A stretch of 32,000 nt of DNA from Rhodoferax sp. (GCA_008015235.1 SSFF01000015.1:58727-90726); one strand, 5' to 3'. Shown: positions 1 through 10,600, counted from the first letter of the stretch. Notes: generated by a model not told the origin, from the letters alone. A program made the numbers and translations.

Positions 1-1
1 G

Positions 2-265
2 ACCACACCCGCCAACCGAATCAGCAAGCCGCGTGCAGCCAAGCTGCATGGCGCCATCGTCCAGGTGTTGACGCAGGCCCTGAACAGCGGGGGCAGTACC
101 TTGCGCAATTTTTCCGGTACCCAGGGGGACGTCGGACGCTACCAGCAGGCCGTGCTTGTCTATGGCCGCGAAGGCAAGCCCTGCAAGCAATGCGGTGCGC
201 CAATCAAGCAGATGCGGCAAGGGCAGCGCTCTACTTTTTTTTGCACTTTTTGCCAGAAACCATAA
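2..265 (+). CDS. mutM: Formamidopyrimidine-DNA glycosylase (Fpg/MutM), C-terminal part; 5' end lies outside the window
   Basis: Frame is open from the window edge. Contains GGSTLRNF...[33 protein letters not shown], i.e. the CxxC-x16-CxxC Fpg zinc finger. Stop TAA at 263-265. Confidence 0.85.
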   Translation, partial: TTPANRISKPRAAKLHGAIVQVLTQALNSGGSTLRNFSGTQGDVGRYQQAVLVYGREGKPCKQCGAPIKQMRQGQRSTFFCTFCQKP

Positions 266-314
266 TTTAGGGCAGTGGGCACAGTGCTATATTGGGCCGG
301 ATAACGGGGGACAC

Positions 315-2276
315 TTGGCTACCACATTCAACGAACAATTTGACGAACTGGGCTCCTGGCGCCGGGAATTTGCCCTGCGGCTCAAGCTGCTGGGTGAATG
401 GATGAAGGACCATGAGCTGCTCGACGCTGCCGTCGAGGAACGTCTGCGCCGTCTGGAAACCCAGGTGCGCAGCGACAAGGTCATGGTGGCTTTTGTGGCC
501 GAGTTCTCGCGTGGTAAGTCGGAAATGATCAACGCGGTGTTCTTTGCCGGTTACGGGCGGCGCATCATGCCGGCCAGTGCCGGACGCACCACCATGTGCC
601 CCACCGAGATGGGGTACGACCCCGAGGTACCGCCTTGCCTGCGCCTGTTGCCGATCGAAACCCGTCTTGAGCCCCAGGCCCTGATGGAGTGGCGCCAGGC
701 GCCTGAGAAGTGGGTGCGCATCGACCTCGATGTGAACAACCCGCACCAGTTGGCCGCTTCGCTCGAAAAAGTGTCCGAAGTCCGCAAGGTGACGCAGGAA
801 GAAGCCCGTGCGCTCGGTTTCTGGCATCCGGATAACCCGCAAGACAACCCGGTGCTTGACGACAAGGGCATGGTCGAGGTGCCCAAGTGGCGCCACGCGC
901 TCATCAACATCGCCCATCCCTTGCTCAAGCAGGGGCTGGTCATTCTGGATACCCCAGGGCTGAACGCCATCGGTGCCGAACCCGAGCTGACCGTGAGCCT
1001 GATTCCGCAGGCTCAGGCCGTGGTGTTCATCTTGGGCGCGGACACCGGCGTGACCAAGTCCGACCTGTCCATCTGGCGCGAACACCTGATCACCGACCCC
1101 GCCAATTCGGACGCCCGGTTGGTGGTACTGAACAAGATCGACACCCTGTGGGACGCCCTGAGCACGCCCCAGCAGCAACAGCAGCAGATCGAACGCCAGA
1201 AGGCCGACACTGCATCCATCCTGGGCATACCCCCCAGCCAGGTCATCGCCGTGTCGGCGCAAAAAGGCCTGGTGGCCAAGGTCACCAAGGATGCTTCCTT
1301 GCTGGAGCAAAGTTGCCTCCCTGTGCTGGAAAACGCCCTGGGGCGCGGCATCATGGGCAAGCGCCAGCGCATTCTGGGCAACGCCATGGCCCAGGGCATT
1401 GCCGAGCTGCGGGCTGAGACCGGGCGTGTCATCAACATCCGCAAGCGCGATCTGGCCGAGCAGCTGATCGAGCTGAAAGGTCTGCAAGGCAAGAACAGCA
1501 CCGTCATCAAGCACATGCGCGCGCGCATTGCCGAAGAACAGGCCGAGTTTGACCGCGGCGGTGCCAAGATCCACGCGGTGCGTTCGGTGCACCTGCGCCT
1601 GCTGCGCGATGTGTTCGAGCTGCTGGGCCCCAAGCGCCTCAAGGCCGAGATGAAACAGCTGTCGGAAGCCTTGTTGCAAAAAGGGCTCAAGCTGGGCGTC
1701 AAAAAGGCCTATGGCCAGACCTTCGAGCAATTGCGCGCCAACCTGACCCAGGTGCAAAGCCTCAGTGCCGAGATTTTTTCCATGCTGGGTGGCACTTTCA
1801 AGCAACTCAACAGTGAATACAGTTTCTCACTGCAGGCGCCACCCGAGCCGCAGATGGGCCGGTTCATTACTGACCTGGACGCCATCGAAGCCAGCCACCT
1901 GCAATACCTGAGCTTGGGCAATGCCTTCAAGTTGGCGCAGCCCGAGTTTGCCGACCGTTTGGTCCGTGCCCTGGCTACGCGCCTACGCACCGTCAACGAG
2001 TCGGCCCTGGCCGAAATCGAACTCTGGAGCAAGGCTGCCGCGGCGCAGCTGGACGCCCAGATGCGCGAACGCCGCAAGAACTTCAGCCGCCGCATCGAGG
2101 CCATCGACCGCATCCACCAGGCCGCAGGCGGGCTGGAAGAGCGCATCACCGAATTCGAGCAGCAGGAAGTTGTACTCGACCAGTTGGAGCTGAAGCTGGT
2201 GGAGTTGACTTCGTACCTGGTGGCAGCTCGCGACGCGGGCGATTACGAGCCTACCGTCGACCTGCAAATCGCCTGA
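315..2276 (+). CDS. Bacterial dynamin-like GTPase (dynamin family protein)
   Basis: P-loop VAFVAEFSRGKSEMINA, G3 LDTPGLNA, G4 VVLNKID, and a long coiled-coil-like C-terminal half. The ORF-track start at 156 overlaps mutM. TTG at 315 follows GGGGGA and is the proposed start, but this is uncertain. Confidence 0.75.
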   Translation: MATTFNEQFDELGSWRREFALRLKLLGEWMKDHELLDAAVEERLRRLETQVRSDKVMVAFVAEFSRGKSEMINAVFFAGYGRRIMPASAGRTTMCPTEMGYDPEVPPCLRLLPIETRLEPQALMEWRQAPEKWVRIDLDVNNPHQLAASLEKVSEVRKVTQEEARALGFWHPDNPQDNPVLDDKGMVEVPKWRHALINIAHPLLKQGLVILDTPGLNAIGAEPELTVSLIPQAQAVVFILGADTGVTKSDLSIWREHLITDPANSDARLVVLNKIDTLWDALSTPQQQQQQIERQKADTASILGIPPSQVIAVSAQKGLVAKVTKDASLLEQSCLPVLENALGRGIMGKRQRILGNAMAQGIAELRAETGRVINIRKRDLAEQLIELKGLQGKNSTVIKHMRARIAEEQAEFDRGGAKIHAVRSVHLRLLRDVFELLGPKRLKAEMKQLSEALLQKGLKLGVKKAYGQTFEQLRANLTQVQSLSAEIFSMLGGTFKQLNSEYSFSLQAPPEPQMGRFITDLDAIEASHLQYLSLGNAFKLAQPEFADRLVRALATRLRTVNESALAEIELWSKAAAAQLDAQMRERRKNFSRRIEAIDRIHQAAGGLEERITEFEQQEVVLDQLELKLVELTSYLVAARDAGDYEPTVDLQIA

Positions 2277-2280
2277 GCCC

Positions 2281-3333
2281 GTGACAAAGACCGAGGGGTT
2301 TGCCACCCGCTTGGTGCGGTGGCAGCAGGAACACGGGCGCAACCAGCTGCCCTGGCAGGGTACGCGCGACCCGTACCGCGTGTGGCTGTCCGAAATCATG
2401 CTGCAGCAAACCCAGGTCAGCACCGTCATCGATTACTTTGCGCGCTTCACGGAGCGATTTGCCGATGTCCGCGCCTTGGCCCAGGCACATGAGGACGAGG
2501 TGATGGGGCTGTGGAGCGGACTCGGTTATTACACCCGGGCCCGCAACCTGCACCGCTGCGCACAGGCCGTGGTGGCCCAGCATGGTGGACAGTTTCCGTG
2601 CGATGCTGTCACCCTGGCCACTTTGCCTGGCATTGGCCGCTCTACGGCCAGCGCCATCGCTTCGATCTGCTTTGGTGAACGTGTGGCGATTCTGGATGCC
2701 AACGTCAAGCGCGTGGTCGGCCGCGTGTTTGCCTTTGAAGGCGACTTGTCCCAGGCCAAGCAGGAGCGTGCACTGTGGGTATTGGCTGAACAGTTGCTGC
2801 CGACTGCTGCGCAGGCCAGCAGCCAGATGCCGCGCTACACCCAGGGCATGATGGACCTGGGTGCCAAGCTATGCACCCCCAAGAACCCGCAGTGCCTGCG
2901 CTGCCCGGTGCGGGCGATGTGCCAGGGCGCCGAAGCAGACCCGACGCGCTTCCCGGTGCGCAGCCGCAAGCTCAAGCGCAGCAGCGAGCAGGTCTGGGCC
3001 TTGTGGCTGCAGCGGCCGGATGGCGCCGTGTGGTTGCAGCAGCGCCCGGCCCAGGGCATCTGGGCACGCCTGTACTGTCTGCCGGTGTGGAACGAGCCAG
3101 CGTCTCTAGAGGCAGCGGTCGCTGGTCGGCTGGCAAAGGCGCCGCGCGAAGACCTACCGGTGTTTCTGCATGTGCTGACACACAAGGATCTGCACATCCA
3201 CCCGGTGCGGGTGCGGGTACAGGACGCCAGCGAAGTGGCGCTGGAAGAGGGTGCCTGGTACGCAGCCGATGCCTGGCGCCAGCTGGGCTTGCCGGCGCCT
3301 GTGCGCAAGTTGCTGGAATCTGCGTCCGATTAA
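2281..3333 (+). CDS. mutY: A/G-specific adenine DNA glycosylase MutY
   Basis: N-terminus [36 protein letters not shown], a 4Fe-4S Cys cluster [16 protein letters not shown], and a NUDIX-like C-terminal domain. GTG start lies 4 nt after the dynamin stop. Confidence 0.9.
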   Translation: MTKTEGFATRLVRWQQEHGRNQLPWQGTRDPYRVWLSEIMLQQTQVSTVIDYFARFTERFADVRALAQAHEDEVMGLWSGLGYYTRARNLHRCAQAVVAQHGGQFPCDAVTLATLPGIGRSTASAIASICFGERVAILDANVKRVVGRVFAFEGDLSQAKQERALWVLAEQLLPTAAQASSQMPRYTQGMMDLGAKLCTPKNPQCLRCPVRAMCQGAEADPTRFPVRSRKLKRSSEQVWALWLQRPDGAVWLQQRPAQGIWARLYCLPVWNEPASLEAAVAGRLAKAPREDLPVFLHVLTHKDLHIHPVRVRVQDASEVALEEGAWYAADAWRQLGLPAPVRKLLESASD

Positions 3334-4202
3334 CGCGCGTCGAGTTCGCGGTGGCGCTTGAGCGTGGTCCAGTGGGCGCTGAACGCTTCAGTCAGCTGCT
3401 CCACCAGGTACACCGAGCGGTGCTGCCCGCCGGTACACCCTATGGCCACGGTTACGTAACTGCGGTGGTCGTTGACCAGGGCCGGTAGCCACTCCTGCAG
3501 AAACTTGGCGACGTGTTCCTGCATGCGTAGCACCTCCGGCTGCTTGCGCAGGAATTCGGCCACCGGTGCGTCCTGCCCGGTCAGGCGCTTGAGTTCGGCC
3601 TCGTAGTGCGGGTTGGGGAGCATGCGCACGTCGAACACGAAGTCGGCGTCCATGGGCACGCCGCGTTTGAAAGCGAAGGACGTGAACACCAGCGTGAGTT
3701 GGGTCGAGCTGGTAGTGACCAGTGCCTTGATCGAGCTTTGCAGCTGGGCTGCACGGATGATGCTGGTGTCCACCACGTAGGACACGGTGCGCAGGTCGGC
3801 CAGCAGGGTGCGTTCGGTTTCAATGCTTTCGGTCAGCGCCCGTTGCGATTCGGTGCCACTGTGCGTGGCGTCGCCCTTGGACAGCGGATGCTTGCGCCGG
3901 GTTTCGGAAAAGCGCCGCACCAGGGTGTCGGTAGAGGCTTCCAGGAATAGCACGCGCACCAGCGAGCCGCGTTCGCGCAGCACCTCGATCTGGTGCGGCA
4001 CTAGGTGCAGCGAGGTGGCACTGCGTGCGTCCATGGCAATGGCCAGCCGCGGCACTTTGAAGCGTTGCTCCACTTCCACCAGTTGCAGCAGCAACTCGGG
4101 TGGCAGGTTGTCCACGCAGTAAAAGCCCTCGTCTTCCAGTGCGTGCAGGGCAATCGATTTGCCCGAGCCCGACAGGCCGGTGATAAGCACAATTTCGGTC
4201 AT
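3330..4202 (-). CDS. rapZ: RNase adapter protein RapZ (YhbJ family P-loop protein)
   Basis: [34 protein letters not shown] at the N-terminus and CTGGQHRSV near the C-terminus. The ATG overlaps the recN stop (ATGA). Confidence 0.9.
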   Translation of the reverse strand: MTEIVLITGLSGSGKSIALHALEDEGFYCVDNLPPELLLQLVEVEQRFKVPRLAIAMDARSATSLHLVPHQIEVLRERGSLVRVLFLEASTDTLVRRFSETRRKHPLSKGDATHSGTESQRALTESIETERTLLADLRTVSYVVDTSIIRAAQLQSSIKALVTTSSTQLTLVFTSFAFKRGVPMDADFVFDVRMLPNPHYEAELKRLTGQDAPVAEFLRKQPEVLRMQEHVAKFLQEWLPALVNDHRSYVTVAIGCTGGQHRSVYLVEQLTEAFSAHWTTLKRHRELDAR

Positions 4203-5851
4203 GCGCCAGCCCCTTCCAGCATTTCACGGGCATGGGCCAGGCTGGTGTCGGAAATGCGTTCACCGCCGAGCATGCGTGCCACCTCCTGCACTCGCGTGCC
4301 GGTGTCCAGCGGGGCCACGGTGCTGACGGTCTGGCCTTCGGAACTTGCCTTGGCCACCTGCAGGTGGTGGTGGGCGCAGGCCGCTACCTGGGGCAGGTGG
4401 GTCACGGCCAGTACCTGGCGGTCTTGACCCAGCTGGCGCATGAGGCGTCCCACAGTTTCGGCCACGGCACCGCCCACGCCCGAATCGACCTCGTCAAATA
4501 TCAGTGTCTGTGCGGTACCCAACTGGCTGGTGGTGACGGCAATGGCCAGCGCAATGCGCGAGAGCTCACCGCCTGAGGCCACCTTGCCCACGGGACGCGG
4601 TGTACTGCCGGCATGACCCGCCACCAGAAATTCCACGTCTTCCAGGCCGCTGGCGGTGGGCTGGGCGCAGGGTCGCAAGGCAACTTCGAATTGTCCGCCC
4701 TGCATGCCCAGGCCTTGCATGGCCGCGGTAATGGCCTTGGCCAGCAACGGTGCCGCCTTGGCACGGGCCTTGCTGACGGTCTTGGCCTCCTGCAGGTAGC
4801 GCGTCTGGACCTGCGCTTCGGCGCTTTGCAGCGTGGCCAGGTCGGCAGCGGCGTCCAGTGCAGCCAGCTCACCCTGCCACTGGGCTACGGTGTCGGGCAG
4901 TTCTTCGGGCAGGCGCTTGTAGCGTCGCGCCAGTGACAGCCACAGGGCCAGGCGCTCGTCGAGTTCGGCCAGGCGCTGTGGGTCGGGTTCGCTGTGGCGG
5001 CCGTAGGCGCGCAGGGTGTGCGCGGCGTCCTCCAGCTGTGCCAGGCTGGAGTGCAGCAGGTCCAGCGGTTCCTGGAACTGCGGCTCCAGCGCCACCTGGT
5101 CTTGCAGCAGGGCTACCGCACGGTGCAGCTGGCGCAGTGTGGATTGCTCTCCTTCTTGTAGCGCTTCACGTACATCCTGTGCGGACTGGAGCAGGTTTTG
5201 GCTGTTGGACAGGCGCTTGTGCTCGGTGTTGATCTCTTCCCACTCCCCATGCAGGGGATTGAGCTTTTGCAGCTCGCCCAGCTGCCATTGCAGGCGTTCA
5301 CGTTCGCGCTGCAGGCTGTCCTGGGCGTTCTGGGCTTGTTCCAGTGCGGCCAGTGCGCTACGCCAGCTCTGCCATGCCTGCGTCAGCGGCGTGGTGGATA
5401 CACGGGCGTAGGCGTCGAGCAGACCGCGCACCGCGTCGGGCCGGGTCAGCGACTGCCAGGCGTGCTGGCCATGGATGTCAAGCAGCTGTTCCCCCAAGGT
5501 GCGCAGCTGTTGCGCGGTGGCGGCGCTGCCGTTGATCCAGGCCCGGCTCCGGCCCTGGTTGTCGATGGTGCGGCGCAGCAGCAGGGTGTCGGACACCTCG
5601 AAACCACCGTCTTGCAGGAAAGGTTCAAGGGCTTCGTCGTGGTCGAACTCCACGCTCACATCGGCACGGGCCGTGCCTTCGCGCACCACGGTGCTGTCGG
5701 CCCGTGCGCCTGTGGCCAGTTGTAGGGCGTCAATGAGGATGGATTTGCCGGCGCCGGTTTCGCCAGTGAGCACAGTAAAGCCGGTGTCCAGGTCCAGGTC
5801 GAGGCTGCGTACGATCACAAAGTCGCGCAGCGCAATGCGTCGCAAAGCCAT
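4199..5851 (-). CDS. recN: DNA repair protein RecN
   Basis: [43 protein letters not shown] (Walker A), a long coiled coil, and C-terminal [13 protein letters not shown] / [12 protein letters not shown]. The internal ATG at 5851 is chosen over the track start at 5935. Confidence 0.92.
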   Translation of the reverse strand: MALRRIALRDFVIVRSLDLDLDTGFTVLTGETGAGKSILIDALQLATGARADSTVVREGTARADVSVEFDHDEALEPFLQDGGFEVSDTLLLRRTIDNQGRSRAWINGSAATAQQLRTLGEQLLDIHGQHAWQSLTRPDAVRGLLDAYARVSTTPLTQAWQSWRSALAALEQAQNAQDSLQRERERLQWQLGELQKLNPLHGEWEEINTEHKRLSNSQNLLQSAQDVREALQEGEQSTLRQLHRAVALLQDQVALEPQFQEPLDLLHSSLAQLEDAAHTLRAYGRHSEPDPQRLAELDERLALWLSLARRYKRLPEELPDTVAQWQGELAALDAAADLATLQSAEAQVQTRYLQEAKTVSKARAKAAPLLAKAITAAMQGLGMQGGQFEVALRPCAQPTASGLEDVEFLVAGHAGSTPRPVGKVASGGELSRIALAIAVTTSQLGTAQTLIFDEVDSGVGGAVAETVGRLMRQLGQDRQVLAVTHLPQVAACAHHHLQVAKASSEGQTVSTVAPLDTGTRVQEVARMLGGERISDTSLAHAREMLEGAGA

Positions 5852-5852
5852 G

Positions 5853-6749
5853 TCAGGCCACTCCCGCGTTCCAATGCATTTTTTCGCGCAGCGTATCAAA
5901 GTACGACCAGCCCTTGGGGTGCAGGAAGCGCACATGGTGGTCGCTGCGTGTGACCACGATGCGGTCGCCGTGCATCAGTGAGGCCAGCGACTGCATGTCG
6001 AAGTTGGCGCTGGCATCGCGTCCTGCTACGATTTCTATAGCTACTTCTGCAGCGTTTGCAAGGACAAGCGGCCGATTTGACAGTGTATGTGGGGCGATGG
6101 GCACCAGCACCCAGCCCGGCAGGCTGGGATGCAGCAGCGGCCCGCCCGCCGAGAGCGAGTAGGCGGTGGATCCGGTGGGTGTGGCCACGATCAGGCCGTC
6201 GGCACGCTGGTTGGCCACGAAGCGGCCATCGACCTCCACGCGCAGTTCCACCATGCCCGAAGTGGCGCCGCGGTTGACCACTACGTCGTTCATGGCTTGG
6301 GCGGCGAACACGCAATGGCCGTCGCGCAGCACGCGCGCCTGCATCAGGCTGCGGTGGTCTTCCTCGTACTCGCCGGCCAGCATGGGCGGCAGCACGGTCT
6401 GGTACTGGTCCAGGCGAATGTCGGTAATGAAGCCCAGGCGCCCCTGGTTGATGCCGATGAGTGGCACGCCGTACTGCGCCAGCTTGCGGCCAATGCCCAG
6501 CATGGTGCCGTCGCCACCGACCACCAGGCACAGGTCGCATTCCTCGCCGATACCGGCCACATCGCGGGTCGGGTAGTCGGTAACGCCAATGTGCGTGGCC
6601 GTGTCCTTCTCGAACACCACTTCGCAGCCCATGTCCATGAGGAAGTGGGCAATTCCATCCAGTACGGCGCGCGAGGACGGGCCCGAACTGGCGCCGCTGG
6701 AGGCGTGGTACTTGCCGATCAGTGCGACTTGCTGGAATTTCGATTTCAT
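5853..6749 (-). CDS. nadK: NAD kinase
   Basis: GGDGTMLG motif, [26 protein letters not shown] at 6749 is preferred over the TTG at 6755. Its stop is 1 nt from the recN start. Confidence 0.9.
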   Translation of the reverse strand: MKSKFQQVALIGKYHASSGASSGPSSRAVLDGIAHFLMDMGCEVVFEKDTATHIGVTDYPTRDVAGIGEECDLCLVVGGDGTMLGIGRKLAQYGVPLIGINQGRLGFITDIRLDQYQTVLPPMLAGEYEEDHRSLMQARVLRDGHCVFAAQAMNDVVVNRGATSGMVELRVEVDGRFVANQRADGLIVATPTGSTAYSLSAGGPLLHPSLPGWVLVPIAPHTLSNRPLVLANAAEVAIEIVAGRDASANFDMQSLASLMHGDRIVVTRSDHHVRFLHPKGWSYFDTLREKMHWNAGVA

Positions 6750-6790
6750 CGGCAAATTACATCATTAATTTCTGTCACTAAAATGAAACG

Positions 6791-7795
6791 ATGCTTGATG
6801 ACCGTTCCAAGATGTTGATGAAGGCGCTGGTGGAGCGCTATATCGCCGACGGGCAGCCCGTGGGGAGCCGCACGCTCTCGCGCGCATCGGGTCTGGAGCT
6901 GTCGCCCGCCACCATCCGCAACGTGATGGCTGACCTGGAGGAGCTGGGCTTGATCGCGAGTCCGCACACCTCGGCCGGGCGCATTCCCACCGCACGCGGC
7001 TACCGCCTGTTTGTGGACACCATGCTCACGGTGCAGCACGACAACCTGCCGGCCCAAAGCCTGGCGCCGGGGCAGCCCCAGCGCGTGATTTCCAACGCCG
7101 CCAATTTGCTTTCCAGCCTGTCGCAGTTTGTGGGCGTGGTCATGGCGCCCAAGCGTGCTTCGGTGTTCCGCCATATCGAGTTCTTGCGTTTGTCGGAGCG
7201 CCGGGTGCTGGTCATCATCGTCTCGCCCGATGGTGACGTGCAAAACCGCGTCATCTTTACCGAGGTGGACTACACCCAGAGCCAGTTGGTGGAGGCGGCC
7301 AACCACCTCAACACCCATTACCTGGGGCTGGACATCGACCAGGTGCGCGAAAAGCTGCAAAACGAAGTGGAGAGCCTGCGCACTGAAATTGCGGCGCTCA
7401 TGCAGGCGGCCGTCACGGTGTCGAGCGAGGCCCTGACCGAAACCGAAGACGAGGTGGTGATCTCGGGCGAACGCAACCTGCTGTCGGTGTCGGACTTTTC
7501 CAGTGACATGGGCAACCTGCGCCGCGCCTTCGAGCTGTTTGAGCAAAAAGCCCAGCTCATGCGCTTGCTCGACGTGGCCGGACAGGCCGACGGTGTGCGC
7601 ATCTTCATCGGTGGCGAAAGCCAGGTGGTGCCGTTTGAAGACCTGTCAATCGTCAGCAGCCCCTACGAGGTGGACGGCAAGGTGGTGGGCACGCTGGGTG
7701 TCATCGGCCCCACGCGCATGGCCTACGACCGCATGATCCAGATCGTGGACATCACCTCCAAATTGGTTAGCAACGCGCTGAGCCACCACAAGTAG
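6791..7795 (+). CDS. hrcA: Heat-inducible transcription repressor HrcA
   Basis: [29 protein letters not shown]...[37 protein letters not shown], a typical HrcA N-terminal wHTH. Divergent from nadK. Confidence 0.92.
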   Translation: MLDDRSKMLMKALVERYIADGQPVGSRTLSRASGLELSPATIRNVMADLEELGLIASPHTSAGRIPTARGYRLFVDTMLTVQHDNLPAQSLAPGQPQRVISNAANLLSSLSQFVGVVMAPKRASVFRHIEFLRLSERRVLVIIVSPDGDVQNRVIFTEVDYTQSQLVEAANHLNTHYLGLDIDQVREKLQNEVESLRTEIAALMQAAVTVSSEALTETEDEVVISGERNLLSVSDFSSDMGNLRRAFELFEQKAQLMRLLDVAGQADGVRIFIGGESQVVPFEDLSIVSSPYEVDGKVVGTLGVIGPTRMAYDRMIQIVDITSKLVSNALSHHK

Positions 7796-7995
7796 GGCCT
7801 GTGGCAGGCGCGACAATTTCTGGTTATTAGCTGTAGTTGAGCAGGTGCCATCCTGGGAGTGTTTGATCACTGTGATGAAGATTGCAAGGAACACACTTAG
7901 TCCATCCCTGCTAGAGCATTTTTTCAATCTACAATGATTCTCAGCGGCTCACTGAGATCCGCGCTTTTAATCTAAATAACCTCAGGGATGAACGT

Positions 7996-8487
7996 ATGAA
8001 GAAATTTGCTTTTGTTGTTGCTGGTCTGTGCCTGACCGCATCGAGCATGGTCATGGCGGCTGGTGAGCAAGGTTCCGGTCCGAGTCCGTACACCGAGTGC
8101 GGTATCGGTGCTGCTATTTTCAAGGAAACCGACTGGGCCGCGGCAACATCGAACGTCACCTGGGACTTGGGCACCACTGCCTTGTCTTCCGCATCCTATT
8201 CTCCAGAAATGTGCTCGCCCAAGAAGGTCAAGGCGGCCATGTTGATCCGTGACAACTACCCCCAGATCGCCGAAGAAATTGCCCGTGGTCAGGGCGAACA
8301 CTTGGACGCCGCACTTGAAATGTTTGGCTGCAACGCAGCAACGCAAACTGCTGCTGCTACGCAAGTGCGCGGTGAGTTTGGTCGCGTAGTTTCCGCTCCT
8401 TCCTATGGTGCTCAGAAGCAGCTCCAGAAGGCTGGTCAGATGTACCAAGTCATCCAGTCTGCTGCGCAAGGTCGTTGCGGCGCCTAA
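7996..8487 (+). CDS. Small secreted protein, DUF3015-like (family recalled from memory)
   Basis: Signal peptide MKKFAFVVAGLCLTASSMVMAAG, then ECGIGAAIF...WDLGTTALSSA. RBS-like GGGATGAACGT lies before the ATG. Confidence 0.6.
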   Translation: MKKFAFVVAGLCLTASSMVMAAGEQGSGPSPYTECGIGAAIFKETDWAAATSNVTWDLGTTALSSASYSPEMCSPKKVKAAMLIRDNYPQIAEEIARGQGEHLDAALEMFGCNAATQTAAATQVRGEFGRVVSAPSYGAQKQLQKAGQMYQVIQSAAQGRCGA

Positions 8488-8507
8488 TGCTGTTGCGTCC
8501 ACAGCAA

Positions 8508-10436
8508 ATGGCCCCTTCGGGGGCTTTTTTTTGGCTGAAACGTTTGGGTGTGTTGCTGCCGTTGGGCTGGCAGGTGGTTGCCCACTCTGCAGCCTTGGCC
8601 TTCGACGGGTCCTCTGGCATTGCAGGTCTTTCCCGTGAAGCGACTTGGTTGCGCCTGCTGCATTACCAAGGCGGCGCACTTGGACGCGCACAGAGTGCGA
8701 TCCACAGCCCAGAATTTTTCCTGGACCCCAACGGTATGGTGGACCCCGCAGCTGAGCTGGACGCCACGGTTCATGCCTTGCGACAACCGGTGGTGCGGGG
8801 CCAAGAAGACAACCATGCGGCATGCCGTTTTCCGGCCCGTAGACAGTGGTTGGAGACCCGAAGCTCGGATTTGCAGAGTGCGCTGAAGGGCACACTCCAG
8901 GATCTGCACTGCCCGGGCTTCGCGGAATGGGGCGGCCCGCAGGGCATAGCATCGATCAGCCTCATGTTCGCCAATGGCTACCTGGGCAACCCGGCGTCCT
9001 ATTACGGCCATTTGTTTCTGAAGTTCAATGCGGAAAAGGGCACGCAGTCGTACCTCGTCGATAAGACGGAAAATTTCGGTGCGCTGGATGTAAAGGGGGA
9101 CAACCCGGTTCAATACATCGTAAAAGCGCTTATTGGAAGCTACGACGGTGGTTTCAGCCAGATAGATTTTTTCTACCATGATGCCGCCTACACGGAGCAT
9201 GAATTTCGCGATTTGTGGGAGTACCGGCTCGACTTGACTCCGTCGGAGATTCGTTTCCTTAGCGCCCACGCATGGGAAGTACACCGCAAGCGCTACACCT
9301 ATTTTTTCTTCCACGACAACTGCGCGTTCCGTGTTGCTGAACTGTTGGAGCTGCTGGACGGCGTGCAGGCCGTGCCACCGGGCGCACCATGGATCATTCC
9401 GCAAGTGGTGGTGAACGTGGTGGCTGCTCAGTCCCGGGATGGCAAGCCTCTGGTGAAAGAGCGCAGACTTCATCCGTCCAGACAGTCGCGTCTGTACCAA
9501 CGCTACAAGGCACTGAATGGCGAGCAGCAGGCACTGGTGCGCTCAATTGCGGCGCAGGAAATCGTGCTCAGTGATCCTCCCGTGAAGCGCCAGCCTGAAG
9601 CCGACCAAGCAAGAATGGTCGACACCCTGCTGGATTACTACCAGTTCACCAGTGGCACCACGGAGGCAGGTGGCGACAAGCATCTGCCCAAGGAATACTT
9701 CACGGCACTGAAAACCCGCTTTGAGCTGCCACCTGTTGCCAATGCCTCCAGACCCGTGGCGCAGGATGTGCGGGATGCGCCCGATGCAGGACACCCACCT
9801 GGGTGGGTGCAGATCGGGCTGGGCAGTCAAGAAGGCCATGGTGCAGTGCAGACCATCCGCCTCCGCCCGGCCTATTACGACGACCTGGACAGCGATGCAG
9901 CACAGCCCCCTTGGAGTGGTTTGAGTATGGGTGATCTGACCTTGGAGCGCCAAGGTGAGACGACACACATCAAACGCTTGGATTTCGTAGCCATCAACAG
10001 CAACCGCCCCTCCGTCACCGGGATGCCCGGAGATGGCGGTACCGGTTGGACCGCGCGTTTCGGTGTTGAAAAACAAAGCCTGGCCTGCACCGATTGCCAA
10101 GTGTGGCGCCTTCAAGGGGACTACCGCAAGGTCCTGCCCTTGCCAGTGCCAGACTCCATGCTGGCACTGGGCATGGGCGGTGGCGTTCAATCGAACCGGA
10201 ATGATGAGGGCATGACGTTCGTATCTGCTGTCCTGAAGGTGGCCAAGCGTTTTCAGAACGGTAGTCATCTGAATTTCAGCCAGGAAACCAAGTCACCACT
10301 CGACCGCTCTGAAGCGAGTCGCCATAGCAGTACCTTGGAATGGCGAACACCACTCACCCGGTCGCTGGACCTGCGGCTTTTGTGGGAGCATGACGGTGTG
10401 GCCAGAACCACCATTGGTTTTGGGGCTTACTGGTGA
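8508..10436 (+). CDS. DUF4105 (Lnb N-terminal periplasmic domain) family protein
   Basis: WLRLLHYQ, HSPEFFLDPNG, HAACRFPARRQWL and YYGHLFLKF match my recollection of DUF4105 proteins. Signal-like N-terminus. The start is ambiguous (ATG 8508, TTG 8544 or GTG 8550). Confidence 0.7.
   Translation: MAPSGAFFWLKRLGVLLPLGWQVVAHSAALAFDGSSGIAGLSREATWLRLLHYQGGALGRAQSAIHSPEFFLDPNGMVDPAAELDATVHALRQPVVRGQEDNHAACRFPARRQWLETRSSDLQSALKGTLQDLHCPGFAEWGGPQGIASISLMFANGYLGNPASYYGHLFLKFNAEKGTQSYLVDKTENFGALDVKGDNPVQYIVKALIGSYDGGFSQIDFFYHDAAYTEHEFRDLWEYRLDLTPSEIRFLSAHAWEVHRKRYTYFFFHDNCAFRVAELLELLDGVQAVPPGAPWIIPQVVVNVVAAQSRDGKPLVKERRLHPSRQSRLYQRYKALNGEQQALVRSIAAQEIVLSDPPVKRQPEADQARMVDTLLDYYQFTSGTTEAGGDKHLPKEYFTALKTRFELPPVANASRPVAQDVRDAPDAGHPPGWVQIGLGSQEGHGAVQTIRLRPAYYDDLDSDAAQPPWSGLSMGDLTLERQGETTHIKRLDFVAINSNRPSVTGMPGDGGTGWTARFGVEKQSLACTDCQVWRLQGDYRKVLPLPVPDSMLALGMGGGVQSNRNDEGMTFVSAVLKVAKRFQNGSHLNFSQETKSPLDRSEASRHSSTLEWRTPLTRSLDLRLLWEHDGVARTTIGFGAYW
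8510..8532 (+). terminator. Putative intrinsic terminator after the small secreted protein gene
   Basis: GCCCC-TTCG-GGGGC hairpin followed by T8. It overlaps the first possible ATG (8508) of the next gene. Confidence 0.5.
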
Positions 10437-10535
10437 CGCTAATTCACGGTTCTGACGGGTTGAGGTCGATATCTTGGATAGAACCCAATTCGGGTTGCAC
10501 AGTGTTTGGTTCTGGGGGCACGACAGTTCGCCCGC

Positions 10536-10541
10536 TACAAT
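10536..10541 (+). promoter_or_regulatory. Candidate -10 box (TACAAT) of the native tRNA promoter
   Basis: TACAAT lies 13 nt upstream of tRNA position 1, followed by a GC-rich discriminator CCGCTG. No convincing -35 was seen. Confidence 0.3.
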
Positions 10542-10554
10542 CCGCTGTTCGGTC

Positions 10555-10600
10555 GGGGCGTTAGCTCAGTTGGTTAGAGCAGAGGACTCATAATCCTTTG
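10555..10600 (+). pseudogene. 5' 46 nt of the disrupted host tRNA(CAU) gene (attL side)
   Basis: GGGGCGT-TA-GCTC-AGTTGGTTA-GAGC-A-GAGGA-CTCATAA-TCCTT-TG, then it breaks into TTTTTTCCAAAAAAATTG. There is no T arm or acceptor 3' strand. Confidence 0.85.
10587..10600 (+). repeat. attL core, direct repeat CTCATAATCCTTTG
   Basis: Identical 14-mer at 20102-20115. It covers the anticodon loop plus the 3' anticodon stem. Confidence 0.8.

Noticed and set aside
156-314. N-terminal extension of the dynamin ORF back to 156
   Set aside because: It overlaps the mutM zinc-finger coding region in another frame. The extension has an odd Cys/Ser/Arg-rich sequence, and TTG 315 with an upstream GGGGGA is more plausible.
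1170-1187. CAG/CAA hexa-glutamine tract as a contingency repeat
   Set aside because: Its length is a multiple of three, its codons are mixed and it lies inside a linker. It is unlikely to be a phase-variation switch.
267-1805. 512-aa minus-strand ORF opposite the dynamin-like gene
   Set aside because: Shadow ORF of a gene with clear GTPase motifs. It has low-complexity composition and no RBS or motifs.
6756-6790. CIRCE operator (TTAGCACTC-N9-GAGTGCTAA) expected near hrcA
   Set aside because: I looked in the nadK-hrcA intergenic region and downstream of hrcA, and no match is visible.
6087-9500. Assorted long alternative-frame or antisense ORFs (6087-6818, 6746-7546, 7972-8952, 8484-9500)
   Set aside because: Each overlaps a gene with a confident functional call (nadK, hrcA, secreted protein, DUF4105) and shows Arg/Gly/Pro-rich shadow composition.
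10518-10526. GCACGACAG half-site of the hairpin motif just upstream of the host tRNA
   Set aside because: It is a 9-mer match only and lacks the left arm. A chance occurrence in 32 kb cannot be excluded.
10555-10600. Possibility that the first tRNA-like segment is a complete, functional tRNA
   Set aside because: The sequence after the 3' anticodon stem is TTTTTTCCAAAAAAATTGAGC. It has no variable loop completion, T arm or acceptor 3' strand.
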